This document shows, piece after piece, positions 1 to 13,201 of a DNA stretch of 64,000 nucleotides. The position numbers were made by a program, and so were the translations under genes. Source of the stretch: Schmidtea polychroa. Taxonomy: Eukaryota. The notes under the pieces are model-generated. The model was not told the DNA's origin, made no database searches, and was given only the letters and a program-made list of their open reading frames with translations. The stretch covers positions 30,010,001 through 30,074,000 of the forward strand of contig CM097885.1 of NCBI GenBank assembly GCA_044892525.1, read 5' to 3'. How positions within the stretch are numbered: the first letter of the stretch is position 1; every line of letters starts with the position of its first letter.

Positions 1-2360
1 TATTAGTCGCAAACACTTGTATTGTTTTATTTAATACTTCCATTTGTGATTGTATTCTTAATGCCTCTTGGATTTCGTTGCATTCAGATTCAGAAGGAGT
101 AGGCGCGGTGATTTTTGGGGTGTTGATATGCTCAGTAATGTTGGTAGTATTAGGTTGAATAAATTCAGGCGTATTATGAAGAGAAGCTGTTGTCATTAGG
201 TGTGGATCAGTGACGTTGTTAGAAGGAGATGACATTGTGGGTTGGAGAGGTGAGTCTTCGTCGTTAGAGGGTATACTGCTGCTCGATAGATTCACATCAT
301 CTATGTCCGAGTTGAAAAGATCGGTATTTGGCTGGGGATTCGCAGAGGATTGTGGAGGGTTGTTAAGAGTTTGAGAATTAGTTTCATACATAGGAAGGGG
401 GCCAATCGTGTCATCGAGGTCACAGCTGTAGTGTGAAGTGTCAATGGTGTATTCGGAGCAAGAGGTGGACGAGGAGTTATTAGAGTTTTCAGAATCATTG
501 TCAGTAGAATCATTTAATGGAGAGCGTTTAATAAGAGGGAGGGCAATACTGGATTCATCAGTATTGATATTGGACAGAGATAGATGAGGTTTATGGGTTT
601 TCACTTTCTTGTGGTTATTAATAAAAATATTTTCCAAATTATTAGTTTTATTTTTATAAATAGAATATAGGGTTGTGTATTTACCCTTTTGAAAGCTTTT
701 TTTATCATTAAAAGATTTTATTACTTTATTATTATTAATATCATTAAGAGTTGGAGGAAGGTTTTTAACATCCTTGGGCTTATAGATGAAGTCATTGGGG
801 ATAGGCTCAGAAAAATGACGTTTCAAGGAGGTTCCAAGGTTTTTATTAGACAGAGTTTGAGGTATAGTGTGAGCATTTGGAGAGTTAGCTAAGTAATTGG
901 CCGTATTCATAGGAGTAAGAAAGGTATCAGTAGTTTGTGGATTTGGAGTTTGTTCTCCAACTAGATTGTCTAAGGTAGATGAAGAACTAACAAGATTTTC
1001 GCTGAAGGTGACAGTCTTTGAGGAGGCGAGTCGGCCGTAGGCCGGCGAGCTGCGTGTTTTCTCGTGTTCCGAAGGAACACGAGAAAAATTTTTTCTAGAA
1101 AGAGTGTGGTAAGAGAAATTGTGATATTTAAACAAGGAAATATTTTTGTTTAATATCGATAATTTATTTAATTCAATGAAATTAGATATATTAGATAAAA
1201 TAGTGTTAATTAATTCACCAGAAAATCCATTAGCATCAGGGACTTCTGGAGAATTTTCATAATAATTAGTAATAATTTTTTTAATTATATATTTAATTTT
1301 ACGTTTAAAAAATTTTTCATATTTACCATTTTGGTTATTAGTATAATTTGTTATCATTACAAGTTAAATTATCATTATCGTAGGTAGAAGTATTTTTATA
1401 TTTAAAGTTATGAGGAAGGTTAAAAGATTTATTATTTCAATTTATATTATAATTATTATCGCTATTCATAGTATAATTATCATTATTATATATATAAGAT
1501 TTATTTGTATTAAAAATAGAGTTCAGATTAAAATTGTCATATGCAGTATAATTATTAGTAGGTTTAGAATTATTAATATTAAAATCAAAGTTTCCATTAT
1601 TCAAGTTATCATTATTACAATCTAATACACAATTACCATCATTAAGTTTACAGTTATTACTATCATAGTTAAAGCAAATTGGTTTATTATCTTTATAATA
1701 ATTTTGATTATAATTACCATTTTTTAGTATGTGAATCTTTCAAGCTGGGCAAAAGGTTTTCCAAGAGGTTGCATAAATTTCAGATGTTTCATTCGCTTTA
1801 ACATTCTTCACGGAATAATAGCTCTTAGGCATATGGTTCATTTCATTGTTGCAGGTTAGAGAACTTCCATTATTGATCAGCTCCTTGTGAATAAATGTAT
1901 CCTTTATTTTAGTACATGTTGCAGCAAATGTGTCGTATTGCTTGAGGATTATCCTAGCTGGGCAATAAGATCTGATTTTCCTCATTTCATATGGATCAGC
2001 AGGTGATTCGTCAGGTGGGTTCTCATCGGTTCTATATATATGTTTAGGATGTAATAAGTTTACTTTATCGATTGATTTATCACTGGAAGAAGAGCCTCGT
2101 CCATGTGAATCTGGGGGAGCCGCAGGAGATCCGTGGAGTCGAATATCATCAGCTCTAAGAAAAAGTTTAGATAGTAATAACAATAAGTTTTTCTTAGTAT
2201 TGTCTCCATTATTGGGGTTTCTTTCATCCAGGTACGTATTATTGTTCCTGGTATCCTCTGCCGATTTCTGCCCAGTGCTATGGATGATATATAGTAGCAA
2301 TTCTGCTAAGCACTGGGTAACGGCGGGTAATGGGTTAAGATTTTTATTTAACATGCCCAA
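1..2360 (-). pseudogene. Degraded long low-complexity (Asn/Ser/Thr/Pro-rich) reading frame of unknown, probably mobile-element, origin
   Basis: 206-aa ORF 1740-2360 continues downstream as frameshifted N/S/T-rich stretches (e.g. NGNYNQNYYKDNKP, SENSNNSSSTSCSE); no recognisable domain. Confidence 0.25.
1032..1087. other. Two adjacent perfect GNA-triloop DNA hairpins
   Basis: CGGCC-GTA-GGCCG (1032-1044) and TTTTCTCGTGTTCC-GAA-GGAACACGAGAAAA (1057-1087). Confidence 0.85.
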
Positions 2361-2374
2361 AAATTATTTCTAGA

Positions 2375-3000
2375 TGTGGATGTTAATTTTTAAAATATAA
2401 AAGAAAAAACGTATTTTTATAAAATAAAATATTAAAAAATTTAAAATTTAATTAAATAATAGAATTTTAAATTAATTAAAGTAAAATATAAATTAAATAT
2501 AATTAAACCAATAGCAACTATAGATTGTGACGTGTTATTAATTTACTCCTATGGCACAGGCTTTGTAAGCTGTCTATGAGTCTGAGTAGAAAATGAGATA
2601 GCAACTATAGATAAGAACTCATAAATAGATTGAAATTTCTCCATTTTCAATTAGTTATTTTCCAGTAATAGTGCAATTGACAAACAAAGAGTAGGTTTAC
2701 ACTAAATACAATCAGTAAGAAGGGGATTATCGGCGACAATTAAGATTCAACTATTCAGTTTATTGAAAATTAATTTAATTAATAAAAAATTCTATTGTTG
2801 ACGAAAACGTTAAATCACAAATTATTCAAAAAATGTCAAACGATAAACGTTGCAAAATGAATTTTGGCATCCCACAAGCCTCCTATCCTCAGTGATGATT
2901 TAAAGTTTAAATAATGAACTCCGATCTAAAAATAAATGCTGACTTATCTCACATTGATACAAAAAAACAAAAATCAAAATCAAATTTTTAAGGATTTTTT
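2375..3000 (+). repeat. Dispersed duplicate (block A) of 28446-28992
   Basis: Near-identical sequence starting tgtggatgttaatttttaaaatat..., differing mainly by an internal indel. Confidence 0.9.
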
Positions 3001-3001
3001 T

Positions 3002-3195
3002 ACAATTTATTTTAATCGGTTGGTCGAATCGTAACATTGGGAAATTGCAAGTTTACAGATTACAGGTTATTTTCTAGAGCTTATGAGAAATTGTAAATAA
3101 AATAAATTTTTGTCTTCTTATTGGTTGAATTGTATCAAATTTTGGATTATTATTATTGATTACTATTATTTATTATTGTTATTGATTATTATTTA
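3002..3195 (+). repeat. Dispersed duplicate (block B) of 28112-28345, the last coding bases and 3' flank of the ZNF106-like gene
   Basis: acaatttattttaatcggttggtcgaatcgtaacattggg... identical at both sites. Confidence 0.9.
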
Positions 3196-3229
3196 TTATT
3201 ATTATTGGTTATTACTTATTGTTTAATGT

Positions 3230-3889
3230 TTGAAAGGAACATATTTGTTTTGATAAACTCTATCTGGTATTGGGCATGATATTCCTTCGAAGCATCAACT
3301 AAAAGTCTCCGACTTGATTCCTCAAATAGTAATAAATCATATTCGGAAATAACGGCACGCTTAAATTCCAATTTATGAGATTCATGTCTGTTTCAGTTTT
3401 ATTGTTCGAAGATATAAAAATTCATCTTTGGATAATGGATCCACTTAAAGTCAAAAGATTTAATTTGCATAAGATTACATAACCACATAAATCCACACTT
3501 ACAAGGAATGAGTTAGTTTCATTGATTAATTTTGTTATTGATTCTGATTGTCCATATAATATATCACTCTGTTTGCCATCTTCTAAACTCATTACAATTA
3601 TAGTATCATCCATTCCACCAGTGAATTTACCCTTTGATTTATAGTCAGAAACTTCTGACAAAACAACATTCGAATGACTACTCAAAACAAATTAATCATA
3701 AATTTTATCCTTAGCATTTTTATAATCCATATCACTTTCCATTTCGAAATTAATCAACGAATTTAAATCTTTATTTTCAAAAAAACACGATAAATTACCA
3801 AATTTAAACAACTCGAAATTCCAAATTTGACATAAACTTTTGACTGCCAAATAAATATCAAAACCGATAATAAACAAATCATTAATCAA
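3230..3889 (-). pseudogene. Degraded WD40-repeat gene fragment
   Basis: TGGMDDTIIVMSLEDGKQSDILYGQSESITKL...LVSVDLCGYVIL resembles WD40 blades; interrupted by stops. Confidence 0.4.
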
Positions 3890-4460
3890 AATGTATGCAA
3901 TACCGAGGCCAGTTGATGTAAACCCAGAAAATTGTATAACGGTGTTTCAGACGGGAAAACTAAAAATAAACCCCGAAATTATATTGAAGGCTAAATTAAA
4001 TTATGCGATACAGGAAAAAATTATCGAAAAAGGGACGATAAAGTCCAATGGCGAATGTGAAGGTGAACCATATAAAATGAGTGGGCAAATTATTGATAAA
4101 GTTGTGATGGAGAAATATTTGACAGAATTGAGAGAATTTAAAGGAGCTTTTGACGATTATATAAGCAAAAAAATAAACTCATCCATTCTGTATTATGAAA
4201 CAGACCAAGTGGCGTACGGTTAAGAGATAGACCATAAACCTTGAACGTAGAAGCAAAACCAGATATGACAGTTAAAATTATGCAATTGAGAAAGAGAAAA
4301 ACTCCAGTAGTTCTAATGTCAACTTTATTGGACGATGGTATTTGTTTGGTAGTATTTGTTTTCTAATTCGATTAACCTGAGCAGAACTACTTTAATAAAA
4401 TTAAACAGTATAAAAAAACTTACTCCTTGACAACTTTCTATATTTCTGTATACATTTATA

Positions 4461-5365
4461 CTAGCACGGTTCTATTTGTAGTAATTTGAATTCATTTTCA
4501 AATACTCCATTTATAATAACATGTACTGGTTCTGTAATGGCCTTTGCAAACTTTATATCCAGTCGTAAATTCCCGTTTTGTGGTAGTTGACTCTGATTAA
4601 AATCAAAATCGGGGGCTAAAACAAATGTAAAAAATGGATATTTGGTTATAAATTCTTCTAGAGTTATTTCACAATTCAAATTTTTATCTAAATAACCCAG
4701 ATTTCTAACAATACTCTGCATATATGTCACACAGTAATTATCACTTTCGAAATCTTGAGTATATGTTTCTCTATAATCAGTATTTTTCGACCAAGTCAAT
4801 GAAGTAACACCAAAGTTTTTGAAAATTGAGCTAGAAGCAGTATGAGACCCATTATATTGCGTTTCACTTTGAAATGTTACCAGAATAAAATTAGGCATTC
4901 TTCTGTCAACAAATATTTGTTCTTTATAGATTGATGAAGCACCTTTAGCAATAGCAAATTGTACAATTTCCTTCGTTTTTAAAGGATAAATTGCATGTTT
5001 TGAATTAAGACCCAATTGATGACCAGCTTATACTGACGGGTCTACTCGAACTCTTCTCACCAATAATTTTGCATCATCTAATTGGCATATTGGTGCACCA
5101 GTTGCACTAATAAGAGATAATGCAGAATCGGACCTTTTCAGTCTAATATGTTCATTAACTCCCGGTAGTAAATATTTCGGTTAATCGATAAAATCGAGTT
5201 GTAATGATAAGCACATGGTGAAAACCCTTGAGCCTTTAACCCACTTTTTTCTTTCATAATCTGCTGCTGCATAACCATAGTTGTAAGTCAGGTATTTTAA
5301 AATATTTTCTATTAATTCCTTGTGAATGAATGTATTATTTCCACCCTCAATCTGGATATTATTTT
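4461..5365 (-). pseudogene. Polinton/Maverick major capsid protein (double jelly-roll), middle and C-terminal part, lineage B
   Basis: NNIQIEGGNNTFIHKELIENIL...PKYLLPGV...IRLKRS...LLVRRVRVDP...PNFILVTF...GNLRLDIKFAKA motifs with in-frame stops; continues the N-terminus at 12927-13200. Confidence 0.8.
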
Positions 5366-5599
5366 TGAAATCAATATTTTGATGAAAATATTTTTAAATT
5401 CAATATTTAAACCTACAATTTTTTAATAAATATTGTGTTTTTAAAATGGTTTCCATTTTTATTTCTAAAAACTTTTATATCTTATTCAATATATATTTTT
5501 ATATTTTATTTGTTTTTTGTATATTTTCAATTATTTTTATTATTAAATTAATTTTTATCATTTAAATTTTCTTACGATTTTAATAACAATCTTGTATGG

Positions 5600-6245
5600 C
5601 AAGGGTGGGCACGCATGGGTTCAATAAGAGCCATTTTCCGAAAATTTATTTTTTACAGAGCCACCATAGTAAAGTACATATTTTTTTTTATTTCATTAGT
5701 TTGATTAAAGAGACTTAAACGCTATTAAAAAAAACAAAATAATTATTTCAAACATTAAGTAACAAACATAAAAATCCATTAATAAAAAGTAATAAAATTT
5801 CTTGAATTAACGAAGAGTTTTGGTCAAATCTTTGAAATTTGGTGTATACTTTGTTAAAGCTGTTCGCAGCAATTCTGTAAGATGCTGATTGGTCAACTGT
5901 GAACGATATTTCGACTTTACGAACTTCATTGTGGAGTACAAAGATTCACAACAATATGTTGTACCAAAAATTGAAATTAGACGGCAAGCAGCTTGTTTTA
6001 AGTGTGGATATTTTGCCTCTGGTACGAGTTTTCAAAATTCAACTATAGAAGTAGATTTATGGTGCATTTGCAAAGCCTGGTCCTCTTTCATATCTAATAA
6101 CTCCAATTCCCCAACCGCTTTTTTAACAAGTATTACTTCAGAAATTGGAAATCCATCTTCAATAATATCACAAATAAATGGGTTCACAAAAAATGCAAAT
6201 GTAGATTTATAAAATCGAATTCGATTATCAAGAATTCAATTATCA
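5600..6245 (-). mobile_element. hAT (Charlie/Buster, GTF2IRD2-like) transposon end with transposase C-terminal dimerisation domain
   Basis: Minus-strand KYPHLKQAACRLISIFGTTYCCESLYSTMKFVKSKYRSQLTNQHL; TIR-like caagggtgggca at 5600. Confidence 0.75.
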
Positions 6246-6289
6246 ATGAGCCGCAGTTTACTCAACGAAGAGCCGTCATGGAAGAACCC

Positions 6290-6965
6290 AGAAAATTCAA
6301 CCATGTCTGTTTGCTATACATTAATTGTATACAATGTATACAATTAATGTATAGCAAACAGACATGGTTGAATTTTCTGGGTACTTCTATGACTCGTAAC
6401 AAATATCAAGTGCACCATTTTTGGATGCGGGTGCAGTTATCCTGGTCCTGGCTCTTCGTGTTTTATGTGTAGAAACCTCTGTGGTGTTCAAATGTCTTTC
6501 GCGATCCTTTGATGACTCTTTCAATCATTTTGTCCTTTGTTTCACTTTATTCTGTGTATTTGAAACCAAGCTTTTATCTGAGTCGGGCATGCTGAATAGT
6601 AAATTTTCTGGATTTTCTAGGAAGTTCATTATATATTTAATAACGTATTTATTAGTTTGTGTTGGATAATTCGGGATATTCATTAGTTCGAATTCCGTGT
6701 CTTCATCAGAGGTTGTTATTCTGAGGATATTATCTATTTTCTTTTTGATTGTCATCTTTTGTTCTTCGGACATTTGATAATCAGGGTCCATATTTATCGA
6801 AGTTCTGGTTTTCTTTTAAGCAAGGTAAACAGTCCAATGACCTCCGTTCCAGCGTATTAACCAGATAGTTTGTTCCCATCCAACAAGGGCATCCATTTTC
6901 ATTCTCTTAAATAAGCCAGTCTTGTTGTTTGCTATTAAATTGTTGGGCCAAATCCCGAATGTTGA
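6290..6965 (-). mobile_element. 3' end of an RLE-type (NeSL/R2-like) non-LTR retrotransposon with an Ulp1-like cysteine-protease remnant
   Basis: IWLIRWNGGHWTVYLA.KKTRTSINMDP...NIPNYPTQTNKY (HW/D/Q pattern); tail 6340-6565 is homologous to 11650-11870, which follows an RLE domain. Confidence 0.5.
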
Positions 6966-9006
6966 TAGAGCTGAATCGGATACGAGAAAAGGAAACCCTG
7001 AAAAATAAATAAAATAAAAAGGTAACCCGAACCAGAAATCCCAGTAAAATAAAGGGAAACCAAAGAAATCTATTAAAAGAAACTGAAATAGTTAATAAAA
7101 TAATAAAATCATTAAAAGAAGGAATAAGATAGGAAATAAAGTACCTGTGACATACAACCAATAAGGAAAATAATAAAAATTAAGGAAATAAATAAAAATT
7201 AGAGAAATAGAATACAAAAATAAAACAATCCCCTAACAAAACCCGACTGAGAATTAAAACAAAAAATTACATTAAAAAGAAACAAGTAAAATCCATAGAG
7301 AAATAAGGAAAATATAACTAGCAGTAATAAAATAATAAAATAATAATAAAAATAAAATAAGGCAAATAAATTTTATTGAAAAAACAATAAAACTACAAAA
7401 ATAACAATAAATAATAAAAATACACGATAACTGCATCCTGATTGGACAAAAGTTACTATATAAGTAACACATAAAATCAGTCGATCACGACTTTACAAAA
7501 AACCATACAGGTAAAAATTTATTTTTTCTAAAAATGACTACTCTACTCATTACCGAAGAATAACTACAGCAGCGACAAATTACAAGGCCAAACTACTCAT
7601 TAGAATCTATTAGTTGCGAATCATCTTTTGGAAAGAAACTCGTCCATTTCGATTTAATTCTATCAGCATCGGGAAAACAGTATCCAAGTATGGTTAAAAC
7701 GATTTTATCATATGATTGCTAGATTATTTTATTTATTTATTGAAATCAATAAATTTATCAAATTGGACCTACTCTCTTCTTCACGGTACTGGCAACGGTG
7801 CTGTCTGGAGCTTCGATCACGAGGTCGGAAAATACCCAACCGAAGTTGAAGGGTGGGAAAGGGCAGGCGAAAGCGACCTACTGAGATTTTCTGCTCGACC
7901 ATCGTGAAATCGGCATTGGCGAATTTATAAAAATATTTCTCACACTTACTGCTGGGAATGTTAAACTCTTCATCATATTTGACTGGCTGAGGGATTCTCT
8001 TGTGCACACTTAGATTTTAATAGACTAATATCTGTCAGAATAACCCGCAGCGGCACTGCAAAAAATATTTCTATTACAACATCGCGTAGCCTACAACAAC
8101 CCAGGTATTCACAAGAGGGAGTTCTAAAAATGACGTTATTGATTACAATTACACGCCAAAGTCGCGCCAGAAAATTGAAATGACCTTATCATCGAATCTT
8201 TCGCGCCTCGGCAAACGCAGCAACACCCTCATGCGATCATCGTGTAATTATCTGTGTAAATTATTTAATAGATTATGTTTTGGGTTGACAAAAGAAGCTT
8301 TTATGACTCAACGGAGAAGATCTAAATTTTGGAGACATAAATTATTGATTAAATTTCGAATATATACGTGTTGACTCGATCAAATCTCTCCCAACCCTCC
8401 TTTTGAGTGACCTTGTCTAACTCTAGATAATTTTGGTTGAAATAGAAATTGGAAATATTTCATTGATGTGTTACATTTCGTTAAGTTTTAATTGGGAATT
8501 TTATTTTAGATCTTTGGTGAATAAATTAATTTTTTTTTAACCATCCTAGCCTAAGGATATTATAATATTGATTATAGGGTGAATTAGTGTCGAGAGTATC
8601 TGGCATTGGGTAGTAGGGTATAAATCATAGTAATCCGTCATTTGGACGGGTTACCCTCCATTCTATGGGTATGATTGAGTTGGGAAGCAATAACTGATTT
8701 GAGGGCTAATAAACGATAATAAACGGGGGGCTGTGTTTTTAAGTAGATAGTAATGATTTTCTTTCATTAAGTCGAGTAGAATTTATATGTCAACTGATTG
8801 TCGAGTGCTGAACCGTTAAGTAAGAAATAACCGAATGAAGATGGCTTGCATGGGGGTTCCATTTGTTAGTTCCTGGGGGGTCTTCTTTTTCTGATAATTG
8901 AAAGGGAAAGTTGCCGTTGACAGGTTGTGAGAACTAGCTTACCTTATTAGAAGGTAGGAATGCTTGTAACAGATTTTGATGGGAGATCTTCTCTTATTTT
9001 CTAGAT

Positions 9007-9801
9007 ATGTCAGCACCCAACGTTCCAAATAAAGAACTCCGCCCCTGCTTTTCTTGCGCAGACAAGAATGAAGATATCCGAAAGCTGCATGTATATATTG
9101 GGGCTCTGAAGAAGCGTATAGATACATACAAGGGCACGTGGTTCTCCCCGCCACAAATGAAAGAAGCGCGGACCAAAATCCTGCGATTGGAGTACTGCCG
9201 TGACAGTCTCCTGGAAGAGAACAGATGCAAGCGGCTGACCATCAAGGCCCAATCAGAGGCACTGCACAAAGTGTACATGGAAGCAGAAGTCGCCAAACGC
9301 ATTTGGGAGTACCCAATTCAGGACGGGACCAATGTGTTCCCGGTGGATCATCAAGTAGGCAGAGAATCAATATCATCAACCGGCTGTATGGGACACGGGC
9401 CTCAACTGCCGCCCCTCCCGAGCCTGTTCTGTCGAGTTCTATCCCAATATCGAATGGTCCATCGGTCGGCGTTCCAAATGTAGCCCTTCCTCCTCCAAAT
9501 TTTCAATCTACTACTGATGCTACGTCAACGATACGGAAGCATAAACGGCCTACGCGATCCAAGAGAAATCAAAAAGCCGAAACGCTATCGCGTCACTAGA
9601 AGCATCCTTATCGGTTGCACAATCAACTATCAAAGAGATCACAGCCACGCACTCCGTGCCTACCAAGGAGATATTCCGAGTTGTGCCAGCAGGAGGAACA
9701 AGGTTCCTAGAAGATCGCCGATATTGACGATGGATATAGACGAAATGTTGGCCGAAGGAGAAGTTTTTCTCGGAACCACGGAAGAAACGGCAAATCCCTG
9801 A
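9007..9801 (+). other. Overlapping GC-richer ORFs (158/124/94 aa) of unknown function, probably one frameshifted ORF of a retroelement
   Basis: ORF track; GC clearly above flanks; no recognisable domain. Confidence 0.25.
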
Positions 9802-10319
9802 CTCTCGTTGACTATTGTGATTTTCGTCATTAACTCTTGTGATTTTCATCCAGCTTACATCGTGTTTTATTTAATTTTTGCTGTTCTGCCTGATCTATCG
9901 TTTAGAACTGAGTTACATGTATTAGTAATATAGCTCACTATAATAAAATTTCTATCTGTGTTTTAGCGTATTTGATTGAGATTGCTAGGTAGTATGCGTC
10001 TGACGAGTAATTGTCTGGCAGTGAAATTTTCTAGTCAGGTCGTCCCCTTGGACCAGGGTCGTAGAACATTGTATGTTTGAATCAGGGTAAGACCTTCTAC
10101 GGCACCTTTGAACCCGAACTGCAAGTTTACTAAGAGTAGTTTTAAGGTAGGGGCTCACCTGTTAGTCGCCACGGGCACACATAAGGGAAATTAGCTAAGG
10201 TCATCTTGGGTATCCAGGGAACCACGCGCTGGGCAGACAGGGATAGATTTTTTTTCTTGTTTTAATTTTTCTCTTTCCCGGATACCCAACAAAATCTTTA
10301 GCGCCTTGAGGATTCAAGC

Positions 10320-11590
10320 AACATATTATGCTATCTTTGTTATTGGGCTCTTTTGTTATAGATATTATTTGAGCTTCGGAGGCTGCCTGTGATAGTCATG
10401 CGATGTTTGAAGGGATCTCGTTTTTATTTGGAATTATGACGTCCATTTTCGCATCTTTGTATTTATTTGTCATTTCTTTGTGGTTTTTAACATGTTCTTC
10501 AATTGCATTTTGTTTGATTTTGTTAGGACATTGATGGCATTTAGCATAGGTTGTCTTTATTTTGTGAGTTCTTGATACATGTTGTTGTATTCCTGGTAGT
10601 GAGTCTGATTTTGTTTGGCATCCAATTAGAGCACACTTATATATCATATCTTTAGTAATGTGTATGTGGAAGTTTTCATCATTGATTGTGAGAGTTTGGC
10701 TGGGTCCTCCTCCAATTAGTTTGTCAGTTTGATTGAATATGGATTCATTTGAGGTATGTTCTTCATCTCTTTGGTTGTTTGTCTTTTTCGGAAGATTTTC
10801 TTCGTCTTCATTAGTTGATATAATTTTCTTTCTTTTTCTGTTTGTCTCCTTTGGTTTATGTTGAATTTCGGATGTTAAAGAGATGATGTTTTTTGAAGAT
10901 ATTTGTATTTCTGTATTTATTTGGTTGGTTGGTGATCTTTTTGTGTATGGTATGATTCTTCTTAGGTTCATCGATCTAGGGATTCCAACGATAGTTCTTT
11001 TAACTAAAAAGTTGAAGAATGTTATAGCATTATGTTGGTTTGATTGGGTTTTGAATCCATATGATTTGAGGGTTCCCTCTATTAGATTAAGTAGTATTCC
11101 ATCCCCCTTTCTTAGTTCAGGATTCCTTGGATTGTGTTTTAATTTTTAAAACCATGTCTCAAGCACGGTGAAATAGTTGCTGATATTTTTCAATTGATGT
11201 TCCTTAAATTTTCTGATGATTTCCGCAATATCCTTTGTGATAGAGCCGCTGCTATTGCATGATCTTCGTCCGTTTCATAATCGAAGATCATGTTGACCAT
11301 GAAGAATCTTCTTATGTTGGCGAAATCATTTTACGATATTTCAGTTTTCGTATGATTTCTTTGTTAGCAATGGTCTGTTTGCCATTTCTTTTTTTGAAGG
11401 CCAATTTTCTGTTGGTTTTATTAACGTTAGTTTTGGCAGATTTAGCTTGTGTTGATATTTCTGGTACTTCAATGCTATCAATGTTAGCTTTGAGTGTTTT
11501 AGCGTAGTAAGATCTCATTGCTATTTTTTGTCTTCTGGTGTATTGGAACTCTTCTCCATGCTGTTCATTAGCTTGTTTGTTTGAGTTCAT
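10320..11590 (-). mobile_element. 5' part of an RLE-type non-LTR retrotransposon ORF with C2H2 zinc fingers (degraded)
   Basis: YKCALIGC...GIQQHVSRTH and KCHQC...IEEHVKNH fingers typical of R2/NeSL N-termini. Confidence 0.6.
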
Positions 11591-11599
11591 TTAGAAAAA

Positions 11600-12245
11600 G
11601 AATCCACTAGAAAGGCAAACTAATATTATTTTATACAAAAATCGTGAATACAATGAATGTATCAAAAACAGGCATGGTTGAACTTGGCTCTTCAATGGCT
11701 AGTAATAGATATCAAGTGCACCTTTTTATGGAAGCGGGTGCAGTCATCCTGGTCATGTCTCTCTCGTGTTTATGTGTTTACGTCTGTGATTTTCTTATGT
11801 CTTTCTCGACCCTTTTATGACAATCTCTATCATTTTTGTCTTTGTTTCTTTGTATTCTGTGTTTCCTGAGTATTAATCCATGTATCTTTAATCCATGTGC
11901 CGAGGGAGCAGACTATGAATATTTCTACTGATGTATGTGTATTTCTGCTCTTTGATGTCCTGTGCAAGTTTTCTGTATTTGTCCATGTTCTTAGCCCCTT
12001 CTAGCTCGACTGTTTCTTTGTGGACAAAGGGGCGCTTGATATCTGTTATGAATATTTGATTCTTTGTTCTAGCCACTATATCTGGTTTTAGGGCTTCTTT
12101 TACTTTGAATGGAATAGTTTCAGTTTCGAAGCTGATGTTCTTTGTCCTTAATATTTTCTCGAGGGCCTTTTGGATTTCATTGTGCTTGGCCGTTCTGGAT
12201 CTATTTCCCCTTTGGCACATGTTGATGACATGTGATGCAGATTCT
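11600..12245 (-). mobile_element. 3' end of an RLE-type non-LTR retrotransposon: zinc-knuckle remnant, restriction-like endonuclease and tail
   Basis: SHVINMC...RTAKHNEI, LKPDIV...ITDIKRPF...KNMDKY, and FIVCSLGTW in the adjacent frame. Confidence 0.8.
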
Positions 12246-12926
12246 TATTTGATTAGTTAATTCAAATATTTTTTCGTCTAGTACTTCTAATTGATGAATA
12301 TTTTTCTATAATTAAAATATTATTGATGATATATTCGAAAAGTTCCAAATTTAATATCGTTATAATATCTTCATAATTGTTTAATCTTATCATCATAAAA
12401 TTAAAATGGTAACGAAAATATTTTGTTATCTCATTTCGAATATTTCTTGATACGATTTTCATTTGAAATTTTCTTATTAATTTGATAATTCTGATCATTT
12501 TAAATGATAACAAGTTTTGTTGAAATTCTGTATTATTCAATAACAATGTTTGTTCACTGTTAAACTATATTTCATCCATTACGCCAATGTTTTCGATATT
12601 AAACTCCGGAAAATAATGTCTTGCAGCATGTACAATATAAATCGCTTTTTGATTTATATTTCTAAAACAGATTTGATCATCTAAAAAACACTGGGTAACT
12701 AGTTCGGTTTAAATATTTTTAATAATATATTTTCTAACAAACTGATAAATTTTCAGTAAAATATCTATCGCTAAAATACTGATAAATAGTAGTGGTATCA
12801 ATCCGAAATGATATTCTAAATCTACATTGGTACAGTCGGTCAATTTCTGTTTCAATGAAATAAATGGAGATTTTCCGTTTCTGTTTCTGTTGCTTATAAT
12901 AATATATTCTAAATCGATTAAATCAT

Positions 12927-13200
12927 CTAATTAAACAGAGTATGAAACAGGAAATTGTTTGGTAATACATCCGTATTGGCACTTAAAACCTTTCTATCTT
13001 TATCTACAACTTTGATCTGAACAGTCAATAAAGTATCGTTCAAATCTAAATATTCAGTTTGCGAACCATTAATATAAAACTCGATATCATTTCTACTATT
13101 AGTAATTGAATTCATAGGAAAAACTTCCTCAAATGCCCCAAATTCTATTACAGCTTGGGGCGATGGTCTATCAAATATTCATAATTCGGATTTACCACAA
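12927..13200 (-). pseudogene. Polinton/Maverick major capsid protein N-terminus, lineage B
   Basis: IFDRPSPQAVIE...IEFYINGSQTEYLDLNDTLLTVQIKVV...PNNFLFHTLF. Confidence 0.8.
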
Positions 13201-13201
13201 A

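Noticed and set aside
1057..1098. Canonical Helitron 3' end
   Set aside because: Hairpin plus CTAG is present, but the next base is A rather than T and no Rep/helicase or 5' end is visible
3891..4223. 110-aa ORF as an identifiable gene
   Set aside because: No recognisable motif or supporting context
12262..12920. AT-rich minus-strand ORF fragments
   Set aside because: No domain recognised; cannot be assigned
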